Positions 24,061 through 36,920 of a stretch of 64,000 nucleotides of DNA are shown in pieces. This DNA is from Octopus bimaculoides (taxonomy: Eukaryota). A model generated the notes under the pieces. The model worked only from the letters and a program-made list of their open reading frames with translations, made no database searches and was not told where the DNA came from. Location: the NCBI RefSeq assembly GCF_001194135.2, contig NC_069006.1, positions 7,945,836-8,009,835 on the forward strand. The letters run 5' to 3'. Position numbers and translations under genes: made by a program. The first letter of the stretch is position 1, and each line of letters starts with the position of its first letter.

Positions 24061-25841
24061 ATGCCACATACAAAAGAATCCTTGGAACTGTCTGAATTTC
24101 AAAGAGGCCGTATTGTGGGTCAACCTGACAGTGGACTTAGCGTAAAATCGCAGAAAACCTTGGGATCCCGCTTTCCACAGTTAATAGAGTGATTGTGCAA
24201 TTCACCAAAGAGGAGAAGGAGTCCACATCACCTCAACCAGGGCCCTCTGACAGGACCCTTTGTTAAGAGAAGTGTGGAGGATAATCCTCGTTGCAGGGCC
24301 TCTGACAGGACCCTTTGTTAAGAGAAGTGTTGAGGATAATCCTCGTTGCAGGGCCTCTGACAGGACCCTTTGTTAAGAGAAGTGTTGAGGATAATCCTCG
24401 TTNNNNNNNNNNNNNNNNNNNNNNNNNNNNNNNNNNNNNNNNNNNNNNNNNNNNNNNNNNNNNNNNNNNNNNNNNNNNNNNNNNNNNNNNNNNNNNNNNN
24501 NNNNNNNNNNNNNNNNNNNNNNNNNNNNNNNNNNNNNNNNNNNNNNNNNNNNNNNNNNNNNNNNNNNNNNNNNNNNNNNNNNNNNNNNNNNNNNNNNNNN
24601 NNNNNNNNNNNNNNNNNNNNNNNNNNNNNNNNNNNNNNNNNNNNNNNNNNNNNNNNNNNNNNNNNNNNNNNNNNNNNNNNNNNNNNNNNNNNNNNNNNNN
24701 NNNNNNNNNNNNNNNNNNNNNNNNNNNNNNNNNNNNNNNNNNNNNNNNNNNNNNNNNNNNNNNNNNNNNNNNNNNNNNNNNNNNNNNNNNNNNNNNNNNN
24801 NNNNNNNNNNNNNNNNNNNNNNNNNNNNNNNNNNNNNNNNNNNNNNNNNNNNNNNNNNNNNNNNNNNNNNNNNNNNNNNNNNNNNNNNNNNNNNNNNNNN
24901 NNNNNNNNNNNNNNNNNNNNNNNNNNNNNNNNNNNNNNNNNNNNNNNNNNNNNNNNNNNNNNNNNNNNNNNNNNNNNNNNNNNNNNNNNCCTCTGACAGG
25001 ACCCTTTGTTAAGAGAAGTGTGGAGGATAATCCTCGTTGCAGGGCCTCTGACAGGACCCTTTGTTAAGAGAAGTGTGGAGGATAATCCTCGTTGCAGGGC
25101 CTCTGACAGCAGAACAGCTGTCAAGTGTCCCCACAAACTTGGTTCCTATGGCGGAGAAGCAAGAAGGAAGCCACTTCTTTGACCAGCCTATATCGAGCAG
25201 AGAAAAGATTGGGTCAGTCAGATGGTGGAGAGGCCACTAGCATTTTGGGATACTGTGATATTCTCTGATGAGTCCAGATTTGCCGTATTTTCTGACAGTT
25301 GCTGAGTGTGGGTCTGGAGACTCTGTGATCAAGAATTTGATCTGTAAAGACTGCAGCCAACAATGCAACATGGCAGCTATTCTGTGATGCTCTGGGGAGC
25401 AATTTGGAGCAATGCTCAATCAGAGCTAGTGGAGTGTGAGGGAAACATAAACTCAGATAAATATATGTCCATATTGCAGAAAGGACTCCCTCCAATCTTC
25501 GCCAGTGGTGAAATGATTAAAGAAAACTCTTTATTTATGGAAGATGGGGCTCCTTGCCACATGGCTAAAATTACCCAAGATTGGTTGGAAAAGAATGGCA
25601 TTAAAAAACTTCCATGGCCTAGCCAGTCACCAGATATGAACCTTATTGAACACCTCTGGGACATAATGGACAGGACACTTCATAAAAAGAACAAGAAAGC
25701 ATCTTCAAAGCCAGATCTTTGAGATTACTGCATGAAACTTGGCAAGAAATTCCTCAAGGGAATATTCATCATCTGATCATTAACATGCCTAATAGGGTCC
25801 TTGCATTGAAAAATGCAAAGGGAATGTCTACTAAATATTAA
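24061..25841 (+). mobile_element. Decayed Tc1 (DD34E) transposase gene
   Basis: MPHTKESLELSEFQRGRIVG..; FSDESRF; FMEDGAPCH-34 aa-NLIEHLW (spacing counted); WPSQSPDMN; ends AKGMSTKY*; stops, frameshifts and an internal tandem array. Confidence 0.9.
24241..25109 (+). repeat. 55-bp tandem array inside the Tc1 ORF, spanning an assembly gap
   Basis: Unit gggcctctgacaggaccctttgttaagagaagtgtggaggataatcctcgttgca; tctgacagg recurs at 24246, 24301, 24356; continues after gap 24403-24989. Confidence 0.92.
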
Positions 25842-28237
25842 ATATTCACATTATAACAATTAATAAATAATTTGAACGTATCATTTCAGATCTAAATAAA
25901 TTTTAAAAGGATGTCTATTTACATATACATATATATATATATATANNNNNNNNNNNNNNNNNNNNNNNNNNNNNNNNNNNNNNNNNNNNNNNNNNNNNNN
26001 NNNNNNNNNNNNNNNNNNNNNNNNNNNNNNNNNNNNNNNNNNNNNNNNNNNNNNNNNNNNNNNNNNNNNNNNNNNNNNNNNNNNNNNNNNNNNNNNNNNN
26101 NNNNNNNNNNNNNNNNNNNNNNNNNNNNNNNNNNNNNNNNNNNNNNNNNNNNNNNNNNNNNNNNNNNNNNNNNNNNNNNNNNNNNNNNNNNNNNNNNNNN
26201 NNNNNNNNNNNNNNNNNNNNNNNNNNNNNNNNNNNNNNNNNNNNNNNNNNNNNNNNNNNNNNNNNNNNNNNNNNNNNNNNNNNNNNNNNNNNNNNNNNNN
26301 NNNNNNNNNNNNNNNNNNNNNNNNNNNNNNNNNNNNNNNNNNNNNNNNNNNNNNNNNNNNNNNNNNNNNNNNNNNNNNNNNNNNNNNNNNNNNNNNNNNN
26401 NNNNNNNNNNNNNNNNNNNNNNNNNNNNNNNNNNNNNNNNNNNNNNNNNNNNNNNNNNNNNNNNNNNNNNNNNNNNNNNNNNNNNNNNNNNNNNNNNNNN
26501 NNNNNNNNNNNNNNNNNNNNNNNNNNNNNNNNNNNNNNNNNNNNNNNNNNNNNNNNNNNNNNNNNNNNNNNNNNNNNNNNNNNNNNNNNGAGTAGATAGA
26601 CAGCCGACAACTGATGAAGGGTCCTTCCTCTGTGTTTACTTGTCCTGTTCCCCATTTTTTTTCTCGTTTACATAATGAACTTGTTTGTTTACGTATTTCA
26701 TGTTGTTTGAACCGTTAGTGATGTCCTGTACCCATATATAGATGTTAATATAGATATACTATATATTATTTATTATTTAATTCAACGCCATGCATCTATT
26801 TCCAAGTATATATACATACATACATATACACACACACACACACACACATATATATATGCATGTATATATATTCTATCTTTTGTTTGTTTCAGTCATTTGA
26901 CTGTGGCCATGCTGGGGCACCGCTTTCAAGGGTTTTAGTTGAACAAATCGACCCCAGAACTTAATAAACAAATTTTTTTTAGGCCTAGTACTTATTCTAT
27001 CAGTCACTTTTGCCGAACCCCTAAGTTACAGGGATGTAAACACACCAATACCAGCTGTCAAGTAGTGGTGGGGGATAAACACACACACACATAATTATAT
27101 ATATATATATATGACAGGCGTCTTTCAGTTTCTATCTACCAAATCCACTCACAAGGCTTTGGTCAGTCCAAGGCTACAGTAGAAGACACAAATAAAGTAC
27201 CAGTATTCCTTTCATCTTCATCATTATCATTTAATGTTAGTTTTACCTTGCTGGTATGGGTTGGATGGTTTGACTGAGGACTGGCAAGGCTGGAGAGCTG
27301 CACCAGGCTCAAGTCGTCCGTTTTGGCATGGTCTCTACAGCTGGATGCCCTTCCTAACATCAACCACTTTACAGAATGGACTGGGCACTTTTTACATGGC
27401 ATAAACACCAGTGCTTCTTATGTGGCACCCTCACCAGTGCTTCTTATGTGGCACCATCACCAGTGCTTATGTGGCACTAGTGCCAGTGCTTTCGTTGTGG
27501 CACCTGTGCCAGCACCAACCAAGTACTGGGGAGTCAATGGAATCAACTTTCCCCAAGCTGGCAGAATCGTTAGAGTGCCAGAAAAAATGCTTTATGCTGT
27601 TCAAGATCTTTACGTTAAGAGTTCGAATCCTGCTCAGGCTAACTTTGCTTTTCGTCCTTTCAGAGTTGATAAAATAAAATAAAGTACAGGTCAAGTACTG
27701 GGGTCGATGTAGTTGACCATCCCCTCCCCTCCCCCTCCCCTCAAATCTGCTGGCCTTGTACCTATGAAGGGGCAGTGGGGTAGCAGAGTTGGTAGGGCAT
27801 TGGAAGAAAAATGCTCCGCACTATTTATTACCGTTCTTTACATTCTGACATTAAATCCGGGCGAGGTTGACTTTGCCAGTCGTCCTTTTTTGGGTGTGTG
27901 GGGGGGCGATAAAATAAAGTACCAATTAACGACAGGGGTCAATGTCATTGACTAGTAGCTCACCTTACTTAATAAATTGCAGGCCTCATGCCAAAATTTC
28001 AAACCTTTATTATTATTATTATTATTATGCTTAGTGGTATTTCATCTGTCTTTAATGTTCTGAGTTCTAATTCCACCAGGGTCGACTTTGCCTTTCATCC
28101 TTTGGGAGGGATGGGGGCAATAAAATAAGTACCAGTGGAGTACTGGGTCAATGTGATCAATTTACCTCCTCACCCAAAATTGCTGGCCTTGAGTCCAAAT
28201 TGGAAACCAGTATTATCAATATTATTATTATTATCAA

Positions 28238-28280
<43 letters not shown>

Positions 28281-28401
28281 ATAAACAGTACAACAGCAAC
28301 AGCAACAATGAAAGCTGACATCAAAATTGAGTTCAGTTGGAAAGCAAAAGAAAGAAAACACAAAAGAAAAAGAGACAAGCAGAAGCAGTTTTGACTTTTA
28401 T

Positions 28402-29300
28402 GGCTGTGCACACTGTCCTTGAGCAAGACACTTCATTTCACACTGCCCCAGTCCACTTGGATGGCAAAAACGAGTAACTTTACAACAGACTGGTGTCCTG
28501 TCTAGGGAGGAATATATACCCCAGAGAAACTGACCGTACGCTCCTTATGGCTTCACCATACAGAAATAGATTGGTGGAGGCGGATGGTTTAATGGTTAGG
28601 GGTGTCGGAGATATGATTGTAAGATTGCGGTTTCAATTCCTGGACTGAGTGATGCATTGTGTTCTTGAGCAAGACACTTCATTTCATGTTGTTCCAGTGC
28701 ACTCAGCTTGTCAACATGATTAATCCTGTCCCGAAGTGGCATCCCCTCCAGAGAAACTAGGAAACCAACTCTATGTTCCTTACAAGAGTAATGAGGACTG
28801 ACCATACAGAAAGAGGCTGGGGGAGATGCATAGCTTAGTGGTTAGGCTGTTGGACTAATGATTCTAAGATTGTGGTTTCAATTCCTGGACTGAGCAACGC
28901 ATTGTGTTCTTGAGCAAGACACTTCATTTCACGTTGCTCCAGTCCACTCAGCTGGCAATAGTGAGTAATCCTGCGAGGGACTGGAGTCCTGTCCAGGAGG
29001 GAAATATACACAGCAGAGAAACTGGCCGTATATACCTTAGAGATTAATGTGGATTCACCATACAGAAATAGACTGGTGGATGGCTTAGTGGTTAGGGTGT
29101 TGGATTCATGATCGTAAGATCGTGGTTTCAATTTCTGGTCTGGGTGATGAGTTATGACTTTGAGCAAGACACTTTATTTCACGTTACTCCAGTCCACTCA
29201 GCTGGCAAAAACAAGGTTGCGACAGACCAGCATCCCATTCAGAAGGGAATATATGCACCAGAGAAACCTGAAAACCAACCCTATAATCCTTTCATATGAC
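28402..29300 (+). repeat. Head-to-tail array of about four SINE-C-headed units (period about 250 bp)
   Basis: Linker accatacagaaa at 28555, 28801, 29057; each unit has a tRNA-like head and ttgagcaagacactt.atttca. Confidence 0.75.
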
Positions 29301-29749
29301 TCAGGAAGGACCTTTATCCTTTATCCTATCTCCCCTATTAAATCACAATAACACTCCGCACTATCAGATGGGATCTCAAATGCAATGAGCTCATACGGTT
29401 GATACAGCACGTTGCCATAGCAATGCCAGCCCCTTGCCAACATCCTATCTGAGCATGTGGGCTGAAGAATATGGTAAACAGCTTATGTTGCTTCTACAGC
29501 ATTAACACTATATGGACATGAGCTGACCATCAAGGACTAACATTGAGAAGCTATCTTGAATTTGTCTCAAATCCTGTTACTCTTCTCTAAATGCCTGATG
29601 AGATGGGTTCGTCCTACACACCCAGGAAACTTTATGTCATGTGAAGCTGAGTCAAACTGTTATTTAAATATACAAGTCATTCCTACCAAATGTGTTGAGT
29701 GCCACTCTGATTTGTCCACTCACTTGAATACACACATGTAGGAACACAT

Positions 29750-29786
<37 letters not shown>

Positions 29787-30083
29787 TCGTTTAACATCCA
29801 TTTCCATGCTGACATGGGTTGGACGGTTTGACTGAAGACTGGTGAGCCAGAGGCTGCACCAGGCTCAATCTGGTCTGGCAAAGTTTCTACAGCTGGATGC
29901 TCTTCCTAACGCCAACCACTCCAAGAGTGTAGTGGGTGCTTTTAATATATATATATATATATATATCAATTTAATACACAATTACAAAAGGGCTACTGAT
30001 GGTTTCATGCTTTTATGATACTTTAATTTGGCAGGAGTACTTTTGTTATTGATTCTACCTATATTGGATCTATAAACTATATA

Positions 30084-30181
<98 letters not shown>

Positions 30182-30676
30182 CATATATATAGGTATATAC
30201 ATATATGTACATATACACACACACTGCACAAATGTATACACATGTATATATTATATACACAAATTCATTTAATATTCTTGAAATGAAATATGGGATAAAA
30301 CACACACACATATAAGCCAGAAATAATAAATTTTGTGCTTATTGTTAATTACAGTCTAGGAATCTTTTAGTTGAAAGAACTAAAGAAAATAAAAAAACAT
30401 CCTGAAATGGTCAAGCATTCAGGGCCAAATTAACTTCTGCACAATAAAGAACGGCACGGTTGGATATTATCTCTCAGATATAACTTGCTCCTGATTTTAA
30501 TATTCCATTTCTGTGCTTTCCTTTTGCCCAACAATTTTTGGTAAGGTTTCTTTTTTTTGTGTAAACGAAAATGGGGGGGTGGGGGTGGAATGGTTGAAAC
30601 TAAAAAAAAAAAAAAAAAGCAAACAAACCCACAAAACAAAATAAACACAGAAACATGCCTGAATAATAAGACTCAC

Positions 30677-33331
30677 CAATCCACTGTGACATGGCGCCTC
30701 GACTGAATGGCCTGAGTGGGAGGAATTTTCCGAAACTAACACAACCAGTGAAGAGTATGGTATACGGACTAATTTCACGATTGGCTGCCTCACCCCTAGA
30801 TATTTAACCAATGAGTCGGTTTTGCAATTAAATCGCCTCCACTGCTCGGTACCTTGTGATACCGAAGAGAGCTCAGAGTTGTAAGTAGGGAAAGCTCGAG
30901 AGCCAGTGCCATGAAACTCACTAAGGGCCAAAACACTACGATCTTCAATTCTAGGAGCAGGTATGGTCTCAACAGGAGGCAGAACCGTCATGTCAGAGTC
31001 GTCCCTGTCACTTGTCTCAAACAGTGAGTCTCTGCTTAAATGACTCTTCAATACTCGACAATCCCAGGGTTTAAAATTTTTCGGCAGCTGTGCGTCATGG
31101 ATCGAACTAGGTGTTAGACATGTCATTTCTGGCATAAAGTCCTGTAAATAACAATGCTGACTCCGGTAAAGAGTCTTATAACTCTTCTTTTGTTCTGTGG
31201 TCTGTAACTCTGCTAACTCCTTATGGAAGTCAAACAATATGCTGTCATAGTCAAAGGAAAAGCTGTCTTTGCTGTCATTGTATTGGGTTAAAAAAGGGTG
31301 TGTTAGTGGGGTAACAAAAGGTTTTCTCACCTTTGGAGAAAGCTTGTCATCATCCATCCTATCATCACCTTTTGTCGTCATCGTTGTTGCTGCTGTATCA
31401 CAAGTAGGCAAATCATTTTGCAATGCGTTATCACTTTCAGAATTGACAGGCACATTCTCTCGAATAATGCGCATAGTGTAAATGGAATTATCAGCACCTT
31501 CTTTTCCAGCATTCAAGGATCTGGATGCTGGGTTTTCACTGTCAGAGCTGTATAGTCCTTTCTCACGAATAATCTTTACTTTGGACGTGAAGGCACAACC
31601 ACCTTGCCCACTTTTACCACAAGATTTATTGCTTGATTCTTTGGAAGCAAGATGGTGCTTGGCACCACCAGCTGCGTAATTAATTAGTAGATCCTCATCA
31701 CTGTCTGAACTGCTCGACCGTTTTTGATTCTGAGAATATAACAGTTTGATTTGCGAAAGTTTCAGGTCATCAGATTCGAATTCTGAATGTGACGATGATG
31801 CTGAAGAAACTAATTGTTGTGGCTGTTCATCTTGAGAATCGGACAATTTTCTTCTTTTTCTTCTGATCGTTTTTCTATTAAGATCAGAACTGGAATCAGA
31901 ATCAGAGTCTGAGTCTTTAAGTATTTCCTTTTTAGACAAAGAAATTTTGAATGGCTTCACCGTTTTCTGTGTTCTGTTATTATCACATGCTGTTGCTTGA
32001 TTCTTGGACTGTCCACTTTTCAATGCTTGACCGGAAGACCATTTCATTCGTGAAGTATTCAACACTGGACTTTCGGGATCACTTTCCTCTATGTTCTCCA
32101 CTTTGAATGGACTTTTGCTATCGGAATCACTGGTGATGATTTTCTTGGCTTTCTTTGACTTCACATTTCCCAGGGTACTGTTTATGATACGGTTCCGAAA
32201 CAGACGAATTCTAATTGGACTGTTATTTGACTCAGATGAATCACTTACCTGTATTAGCTTCTTCAGCTTGGCTGGCGGTGTGAAAGCACTATCGGAACTA
32301 ACATTACCTGACTCAAGGGATGCTTTGTAAGGGCGGCTACGAACTGGTGTGCCCATCTCCTTCATAACATTATTCTTCTCCGCAGTCACTTCCTGGCTAT
32401 CGCTGGAAAGTAATGAGAACGGTGTGTTCCTGATACGTGAAACATTTTTCACAACTGACTCATCCGTCTCTTGTTCTACATCCTCATCACTGTGCAAACT
32501 GGTGACAGCATCACTGCTGTCTTCAAAAACAGACTGAAGAACCTCAAATGCTGACAATCTCTTTGAATTTGGAACCATCACCAATTTTCCTGATTTATCT
32601 TCTGTACAAGGTTTCAGAGACGATGAGATTTGGCATTCTTTTTCCTCAGAGACCTTTAAATCATTTCTGTCATCGTTACAAGACACGTCAGCATCAGCAT
32701 CTGGGAGAACTATGCTGGTTTCTGCAACAATGAGAGATGATTTTTTCTTACCACTTTGTTGTACAGATGTCAATTCTTTCTGAGTTGGTTTGGCAATGAC
32801 TCGAATGTTTCTTCGAGAATGACTCATGCCAATTGTCTTACTCATCATTTTTGAACTTCCATGCACAGCATCCTGCAAATTCCCATCACTCCCACCACCA
32901 CTAACATCATCTTCATCTTCTTTGACTGCATCAGTCTCCAGATCTACCTCATCTTTTACATCACCATAGTTATCTTCACTGCTTTTGACATTATCAACAC
33001 TTTTGGCATCACTCTCCAAACTGACATCATTTTTTCGGTCAGTTCCAATATTTTGATCATCCTTGGCACCAGCCTTACAATTAGCAGCATCACCATTAAT
33101 CTCACAACTACCATCACCATCACAATCATCATCATCATCATCAACATCATCAACAGACCCTGCTTCTTTTGGCAACTCACTTCCATTTTGGGCACCACTG
33201 CCTGATTTTTCTCTGGCGCTATCTGATATCTCCATCGTGCTCGTGTTCTCTGGTAAGACTGTCGTTTCTGATGCTTTTGATGATGTTGTGTCTTTCATCT
33301 CAGTGTTTCTGTCATCTTCATCTGCAGATTT
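30677..33331 (-). CDS. HIRIP3: HIRIP3-like giant exon 3 (885 codons; acidic, Ser/Lys-rich, largely disordered)
   Basis: Inside the 946-aa ORF 30497..33337; acceptor ctctcccccttgcag-type tract then AAA, donor TTG|gtgagt; 2655 bp, phase 0-0; stop-free in repeat-free sequence. Confidence 0.85.
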
Positions 33332-34236
33332 CTGCAAGGGGAGAGAGTAAAGGAAAAAAAATAAAAGAAAAAGAAATCAACATATTGCTTTAATTAAATA
33401 AATTTATTTTCATTTATTACATTTTTTGTCTTTAAGACAAACATGATTGCATACAGCCACACACAAGCTATATATATACCCCAATCATGTGGGTGTGTAT
33501 ATAGATATGTATATATACATATAACAGACATATATGTATATATATATATATACATATATACCACACACATATACATGCATACACACATATATATATATAC
33601 ACACACATACACATATATATATACACACACACATATATATATATATACACACATACACATATATATACACACACACATATATATATATACACACACACAT
33701 ACACATATATATACACACACATACACATATATATACACACACATACATATATATACACACATACATATATACACATACATACATATACACACACACATGC
33801 ATACATACATATATACATACACATACATACATATACACACACACATATATATGGTTTCTGTCTACCAGATCCATTCACATGCCTTGATGGGCCCAAACCT
33901 GCACTATAAAACACATGCCCAATGTGCTGTAGAGTCAGACTGAACCCAAGGCCACATGGTTGGGAAGCAAGCTTCTTAACCACACAGCCACGTCTGTGTC
34001 AATTCAGTAAAATAATTTTGTCCTTATTAGCTGGTGTTTGGAACATAAATAAACATAATTTTGATGGCAGGTTCTAATTTAGATCACTTTAACCCTTTTG
34101 TTACCATATTTTTGTTGAAATACATAGCTTTGGTTCCAACTAATTAAGAAAATAATGAAGAATTTGGTAAAAAATATTTGTCATTGGTATTTGGAACATT
34201 GAAATTTTGATGAAAGGTTTTTAAGTTTGACTCCTT

Positions 34237-35005
34237 GGTTGACTGGTAAATTCCACTGTGGTAAATAATTCCACCACGGAAAATTCCACCATAGATGAAA
34301 TTATCATTATCATTATCATAATTTTTATCATCATCATTATCAAATCATTATTTAGAAGGGTTCCACGATGCTTAGCGCTCATCACTAACATTCACACATC
34401 CAAATTTGTGGCAACTATGCACCGCCCTTAAATCTGAGGGAGGATTAAGCGAGACAAAAGTTGCACAGGTTCAACCTGAAGACTCAACTACAAAAAAACC
34501 ATCAAATAATTGATGCACGACTGAAGAAGCTACTTCAGGGATATCAAAATGAAAACCCTCTGCAATTTTTAAGAAGTATTGCACACAATTTGTCTTTAAA
34601 AAAATTTATTTTTAAATAAATTAAACTTTTTTTTTTTATCCTAAATCTGTTTCACAATATACTCACTATTATTTTTTATCCAATTGTTATAATAAAATGT
34701 GTGCAGAAATTTAATCTTTTCTTTCTTTATCCCAAATTATATTATTTTTGAAATTTTGCGAGGAGTCTTTTTCATAGATTCTTGCTCGATGGGAGGACAT
34801 TAAAGTGATCCCATCTCAATTGAAGTAGATTATAAAGATTATTTTCTATCTCACCTTCAGACTCTCTCTCTTCTTAAGACCTGAGAGATAGACAGATTAA
34901 ATAACATAGGTATTGACCCATGGTCTAGAGAAACTGACCACAGTGATTATTAGCAGGCGGAATTTACCATGGTGGAATATACAGTGGAGGAATTTACCTA
35001 GAACC
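34237..35005 (+). mobile_element. Internally deleted MULE (Mutator-like) element
   Basis: TIRs ggttgactggtaaattcc / ggaatttacctagaacc; 8-bp TSD gactcctt (34229-36, 35006-13); internal EGFH..THPNLWQLCTALKSE..FLRSIAHNL resembles the MULE transposase C-terminus. Confidence 0.7.
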
Positions 35006-35015
35006 GACTCCTTAA

Positions 35016-35239
35016 CCCCTTGCAGACAGATTTGGTACTGACAGTCTGTGCTGTGTACCTGGTATTAGGCCGTTCAGTAACTACATAATTTACATGCAAG
35101 GAATTTGACAGTGTGTTTACAGACTCTTCTTAGTGTAGCAGATTTGAGAACATGATGCCACACAGAGCGAGACATTGCACTGCTCACACACACACACAGA
35201 GTTTCAATGTGGTCAGCACCACTTCCTGTCTGCAAGGGG
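35016..35239. mobile_element. piggyBac-type MITE
   Basis: TTAA|ccccttgcagacag..ctgtctgcaagggg|TTAA. Confidence 0.8.
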
Positions 35240-35571
35240 TTAACCCTTTTTTACCATATTTTTGTTGAAATACACTAAATTGCTTCAGTTTAGTTTGAAA
35301 ACAACAAAGAATTTAGTGAAAAGCTGGGTGTTTCAAACGTAAATTAGCATGGAATGTTTACAGAAAGTTTTAAGTTTTATATCAGACAGGAAGTGTGTAC
35401 CATAAGACCAAGGTTTTATGGTACACACTTCCTGTCTGATCTAAAACTTAAACTTTCCGTTAAAATTCTGTGGTCACAGATGGGATGGTATCAAAAAGAA
35501 GAGAAAAAAACAAAACAAAGACAAACAACAACCTGCCCCCTTTCTCTAAAGCAATGAAACCCCCAACTTAC

Positions 35572-35704
35572 ATCTTTTCCTACATTGAATTCAAACAACA
35601 ACTTGATGATAACGTCGGTAAGGAGAGTCTTTTGCTCGGAATTCAAACTGGTTCTGTTTGAGTGCTGTAAGTATTGCTTCCGCACAATCTTCTTGGTCAG
35701 CAAG
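35572..35704 (-). CDS. HIRIP3: HIRIP3-like exon 2 (LLTKKIVRKQYLQHSNRTSLNSEQKTLLTDVIIKLLFEFNVGKD), N-terminal DEK-C-like helical domain
   Basis: Acceptor ttgttgtag|C, donor GAT|gtaagt; 133 bp, phase 2 to 0; resembles recalled HIRIP3 LTHSIVRRRYL..EEKQALKRLV. Confidence 0.8.
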
Positions 35705-35851
35705 CTACAACAACAACAACAACAAACATAAATATAATAAACTGCTTGAAATAAACGAACTACAATCAAATATTTAAATAAGTACCACCACCACTACTAC
35801 CATCATCATCATTCTCATCATCATCTTGTTGTTTAACCCATTAGCTTTTAA

Positions 35852-36071
35852 CCCTTTCGTTACCAGCCTGGCTGAAACCGCTTCTGGCTCTGTAGTACAA
35901 ATGTCTCGTTTTCTAAAGTTTTGAATTAAACTCTTCCACCAAACCTTAGTCACAATTTATGTTCCTAACACTAGCTTAATGATAACTAAGTTATTTTACT
36001 AAATTCTTTGTTATATTTAAAATTAATTGAAAGAAACATAGAGCATCTCAAGAGAATTTGTAACAAAAAGG
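35852..36071. mobile_element. piggyBac-type MITE; related copies about 20745-21400, 21640-21740, 33990-34220, 35244-35460, 36100-36280
   Basis: TTAA|ccctttcgttac..gtaacaaaaagg|TTAA. Confidence 0.75.
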
Positions 36072-36357
36072 TTAAAATATATAGTAGAGAAACAATCCTT
36101 AACCCTTTCATTAACAACCCACCTGAAACTGCCTCTGGCCCTGTAGTACAAATGTCTTGTTTTCATAAGTTTTGAATTAAAATCTTCCACCAAACCTTAG
36201 TCACAATTCATGTTCCTAACACTAGCTGAATGATAACTAAGTTGTTTTACTAAATTCTTTGTTATATTTAAAATTCATACCAGTCATATCCTGGGTCCAA
36301 ATATTCTAATTGTTTTATGTTCAAACTGGTTAGGTGAGCTTGGCTCCGTTAGTATTC

Positions 36358-36920
36358 ATCATCATCCTTTAACGTCTGTTGTCCATGCTGGCATGGGTTG
36401 GACGGTTTGACTGGGCTGGTACACTGGATGCCCGTCCTAATGCCAACCACTCCGAGAATGTAATGGGTGTTTTTACGTGCCAATGGCATGGGTGTCATTT
36501 TTGTGTGACACCGGGGTGCATTTACATGTCACCTGCACAGGTGCCAATTTGCGTGACATTGTTATCTGCCACAACTGTGATTTTGTTTGGCTTGATGGGT
36601 TTTCTTCTCAAGCATGACATAATGCCAATGGTCTTGGTCATTGCCTCCATGAGGCCCAACAGTCAAAAGGAACTCAGCCACTTTGCCTCTGTGAGGCCCA
36701 ATGCTTGAAAGGTGTTTTTTACATGCCACCAGTACGGGTGTACTTAGCTTGATGAGTCCTCTCAAGCACAGCACATCGCTAAAGGTCTCGGTCACCAGTC
36801 ATTGCCTCAGTGAGGCTCAAAGTTCGAAGATCATGCTTCACCACCTCGACCTATGTCTTCCTGGGTCAACCTCTACTGCAGGTTCCCTCCACAGAGATCT
36901 GCACTTCTTTACATACAGGG
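36358..36920 (-). mobile_element. RTE LINE 3' fragment (ORF end plus 3' UTR)
   Basis: Decayed VEGTCSRG*PRKT*VEVVKHDLRTLSLTEAMTGDRDL runs into the (GAT)n-tailed UTR. Confidence 0.75.

Noticed and set aside
26605-26650. CTGATGA-containing Penelope-like motif
   Set aside because: No GAAA box or stem I/III, so not a hammerhead as it stands
25911-26675. Long ORFs made of X residues (also 9055, 22953, 24315, 55164, 59072, 61359)
   Set aside because: They run through assembly gaps
30497-30676. Extension of the 946-aa ORF past 30677 (VSLIIQACFCVYF..)
   Set aside because: Begins at a consensus gtgagt donor and has intron-like poly-T/poly-C composition
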